This document shows, piece by piece, positions 60,177 to 64,000 of a stretch of DNA of 64,000 bases. Position numbers and translations under genes: made by a program. Origin of the DNA: Euprymna scolopes. Taxonomy: Eukaryota. Within the stretch, counting starts at the first letter, position 1. The number at the start of each line of letters is the position of its first letter. The stretch is from NCBI GenBank assembly GCA_053919585.1, contig CM132788.1; one strand, given 5' to 3'. Below the pieces are notes generated by a model, which ran no database searches, was not told where the DNA came from, and saw only the letters and a list, made by a program, of their open reading frames with translations.

Positions 60177-61888
60177 ACTAACATGGGTGCATGGCGTTGC
60201 CCGGGTGTTTGGAGGTGTGTGTAGTAGTAGGAAGGCAGGCTTGAACCCGTACCGCGAAAGAGGGAAAGAACGGGGAAAAAAAATATGACGTCTTTGCTGT
60301 TACGATCACCGCCAAACTGGAAATGACGTAGGTTTTAATTAAGGCTAGACAATCGAAAAGAGGGGATGTCTTGAAAAAAAATCGGTGAAAAAAAACAACC
60401 CCTCCCTGTAGAAAAGTGCCCAGTTGAGAGTGAAGAAATTAATGTTTTTAGCCAATTTTTCAGTATTTGTCATTTGAAGGGTCGAGCTTCCAAACGATAC
60501 TGATCTTGTGAAAATCAGTCGCCTCTATCAAAGGTTTTAAGCAGACATGCAAACATACATACATTTATATATTGGTAGCTCAAATTTTCGACTCAAACCG
60601 ATTAAAAAGCTTGCCTATCTCTGAATAGCTTTTATGTAAAATTTCAAATGTTTAGACCAGAAATTGTCTGAGTAATTTTGTAGAGACCGCAGAGGTCAAT
60701 TTTTTAACTTTGACCCCTATTATGACCCCTTAATATTTATTGTTTGGGGGTTCAAATCAAGTTAGGTCCATGTCCAAGGAACCTATATCTAAAATTTCAA
60801 TTGTTTATGCTCAAAATTGGTGTAGGAGTTTAGTAGAGTTCTCAAAGGTCAAATCGTTGAACTTTGACCCCTTAACAGCCAAATTTCTGGACGAAAACAG
60901 ATTACAAAGATTTTCTGAAATCTCCATACTTTGTATATCAAATTTCGAGTCTGTAGACTGAAAATTGACATAATTATTGTGTAGGGAAATGTACACAGAC
61001 AGACACTTTCACTTTTATAAATATACTAGCATGGGAGCCCGGCATTGCCCGGGTGTTTGGAGATGTATGTTGAGCAACAAAATAAAAAAAAAAGTGGTAG
61101 TAGGAAGGCAGGCTCAAACCCATACCAACAAAGGAGGAAAAGAATGGGAAAAAAAACTCGCGTCTTTGCTCTTACGACTACAATCGAAAAGAGGGGATGA
61201 CTTTCGAAAATATCGGTGAAAAAAGCGACCCCTCCCTGTAGAAAAGTGCCCAGTTGAAGGTGAAGATATTAATGGTTTTAGCCAAATTTTCGATAATTGT
61301 TGTCTGAAAGGTTGAACTTCAAAACGATACTGATCTTGTAAAAATCAGTCACCTGTCGAAAGTTTTAGGCAGACATGCAAACATACATATATACGTACAT
61401 TTATATATTGGTAACTCAAATTTTCGACCTAAACTGATTAAAAAGCTTGCCCTATCTCTGAATGCCCTTTATGTAAAATTTAAAATGTTTAGACCAGAAA
61501 TTGTCTGAGCAATTTCATAGAGACCAGAGCGGTCAATTTTTATTTTTTTTTAACTTTGACCCCTATTATGCCCCCTTAACATTTGTTTTGGGCTCAAATC
61601 AAGTTATTAAGTTAGATCCATGTCCAAGGAACCTATATCTAAAATTTCAAGTGTTTAGACCAATAATTGGCAGAGGAGTTTGGTAGAGTTCTCAATGGTC
61701 AAATTGTTGAACTTTGACCCCTTAATAGCCAAATTTTTGGCCGAAAACCGATTACAGATTTTCCCAAATCTCAATACCCTGTATATCAAATTTCAGGTCT
61801 GTAGACTAAAAATTGACACAGTTATTGTGTAGGGAAATGTAGACAGACAGACACAGACACTTTCACTTTTATAGATATATAGATAGAT
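60177..61888 (-). mobile_element. Head-to-tail pair of composite non-autonomous Helitrons (~850 bp each)
   Basis: Copies at 60177-61024 and 61025-61888; minus strand A|TCTAT.. start, CCCGGGCAATGCCGGG hairpin and CTAG|T end. Confidence 0.85.
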
Positions 61889-62614
61889 TGACAGCCACAT
61901 CGTACATTGAATGAAAGAAAAAGAAACTCATTTTAAAATAACCAAAATTATTAACAAGAAATGTAATTTACTTCTAAACCTTGAAAAGTTGAACAAGCAA
62001 AGGTCAAGATTTTAATAATATCATTGTAAAAATCAAGTAAAAAATTTTTTAAAAAGTTCATGAATAAAAAAGATTAGCAAACAAGATTGTTACTGCGTGT
62101 TTAATATCATTACACTGAGCTATCTGAAGTTATTGGCTTCCTGACATAAATGCACCGAAATACTGATGTTATTGTTTATTTTCCTTTACTCTTGCATAAC
62201 TCAATCATGTTCTGCAAAATAAAAAAAACAATTTTCCTCTATAAAACGACTAAACCAAACACCATGAATAAATATTTGAAGCATAAACCCCCACCCACAA
62301 AAAAAAAAAAAAAAAAAAAATACTGGATGGAGTATTTAATAACTCAATAAAGATTGATATGCCATAAAACCAAATCAAACCAGACTGAATAAACCCAGCT
62401 TATTGTCAAGAGACACCACAATCTAAAGTCTTTAAAGCAGCGACTTCTTCGATAGTTTAGACATGCAGTTCATCACCCAGAGAGAGAATTAATTTGCAAC
62501 AATCTTTCCTACCTCTTTGCCTAAATGCTGCAAGTAGATCAGTAGACAGCCGAATATCTGAACAACAACAATAATTAAAAAGAATGTCAGAGTTCTCAGA
62601 ACCACAGATGGTCA

Positions 62615-62820
62615 GTATTTTTTTTTTTAACATTTTTTTTTTAGCTTTTATTTCGCCCCCAAACAAGGTAGCTTGTCACTCAGAACATAAGAAGCTACTA
62701 TTTGGGATTGTGTCTAACAGGGACTATGTGGGTGGTCGAGCAGCAAGATGCCTCTTCACATTACATTTAAAATTCTGCATATCAGTAGTCAGGAAAGCAG
62801 GAATTCATGTTGCCTGTGAA
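62615..62820 (-). mobile_element. LINE 3' fragment (second subfamily)
   Basis: T tract, CCCCAAACAAGG and TTTAAAATTCTGCATATCAGTAGTCAGGAAAGCAGGAA. Confidence 0.6.
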
Positions 62821-63234
62821 TGTTAGGCCAAGGAATTATAAAGATGGGATCTCAGAAATATTTGTGATGGCAATCGTCAGTAAAAATTTGTTGTTGTTAA
62901 AAGGAAAGAAGCTTAGTCTTAGTAGCCGTAAATGGCAGAATCCTGATTGGTTAACCCAGGGCTCTACATTGGGGGTGAAACGGTCATATTTGCGAGTGAT
63001 TTTTCAAAGTGGCGACTAGAAATAATGAAACGCTCATCTTTTGGCGATTGCATTTCTTTCACTGATAATCTTTTAAAGTTCAAATTATTTAAACAATAAA
63101 AGTTTAATAGCACAATATACTGTTTTTTTAACGAAGGCCGTTTAAAAAAAAATGAAGCAAATAATGTTTATACCTTCAAGTGTCAACAGAAAATTTGTTG
63201 TATATTTAGAATTACCCTTATTTAAAAATATACA

Positions 63235-63946
63235 TGCAGTTCTAAGAAAGAAGCTTTGTTCATGGAATCTACATTTAGGTTTAGGCACGGATAAAGAGTG
63301 GGGGGAATTATTGATAGTCTTTTCTGCTAAAGTTTGGCGAGGGGGAACTATAGATTGGAGCTCAGTCGAACATGTGCCGTGAAAATAACGATAAAGCAGA
63401 GACAAACTCGCAAAATCTCTTCTGTGAGATAGAGGTTGCAGGGAAGAGAAAAGGACATATACGAGGCTACAAAGTCTATTTTGAACTCTATCAAGGCAGG
63501 ACAAGTTCCTTCTAGTAGCTTCTGTCCAGATGTGGCAACAGTATTCCATCTTTGGACGTACCTGGTTCTTATATAGATAGAGAATTGCATCAGCAGTGAG
63601 ATATCTACTGGAGCGATAGAAAGATCCCACCATTTTTCCAGTGACCTTGGCAACAGATTTGATGTACGTGTTCCATTTCAGATCAGGAGTAAAGGTCAAG
63701 CCCAGAAGCTTGTCAAAACATGAGGCCTCCCCAAGACGAGAGTCATTCATTTCAATTGATGCCATATGGAGATCAGAGCGTTGATGATGTAAAAATAGAA
63801 GCTTGATTTTAGATGCATTAAAAATAACCAGACACTCCTTTCCCCATTGTACTACGTGCTCAAGATCAGAGGAGAGAGAATCGGAGAGAACTTGGTCATT
63901 TACGGTCCTAGATGTGCTACCATAGATGGTAGTGTCATCAGTATCT

Positions 63947-63947
<1 letters not shown>
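63235..63947 (-). mobile_element. Internal RT/C-terminal fragment of the main LINE family
   Basis: ORF 63142-63765 (LLGLTFTPDLKWNTYI...RRDFASLSLLYRYFHG) is paralogous to 12015-12750; truncated at both ends. Confidence 0.9.
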
Positions 63948-63988
<41 letters not shown>

Positions 63989-64000
63989 GGTATATTTTGA

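Overview
AT-rich animal genomic DNA with three assembly gaps and no host protein-coding exon that I can support. Nearly everything recognisable is transposable-element derived. Several SINE-like repeats resemble, from memory, octopod cephalopod repeats, so the organism call is tentative. Main content: (1) a near full-length, apparently single-ORF APE-RT LINE (CR1/L2-like group) nested inside an older copy of its own family, plus many 3' fragments; (2) non-autonomous Helitrons, a deleted mariner, a fold-back Tc1/mariner derivative and MITEs; (3) tRNA-headed and 5S-headed SINEs; (4) a 16-bp and a 42-bp minisatellite. The most striking signal is an abundant short retroposon family whose head is the first ~40 nt of U2 snRNA (about 8 loci). 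Its body folds back over the U2 branch-point recognition sequence, and different subtypes appear to insert serially into the U2 site of earlier copies, building mixed arrays (A-A-B-A-C at 52990-53996, bounded by a 15-bp TSD). A complete type I hammerhead ribozyme lies on the minus strand at 43444-43518.
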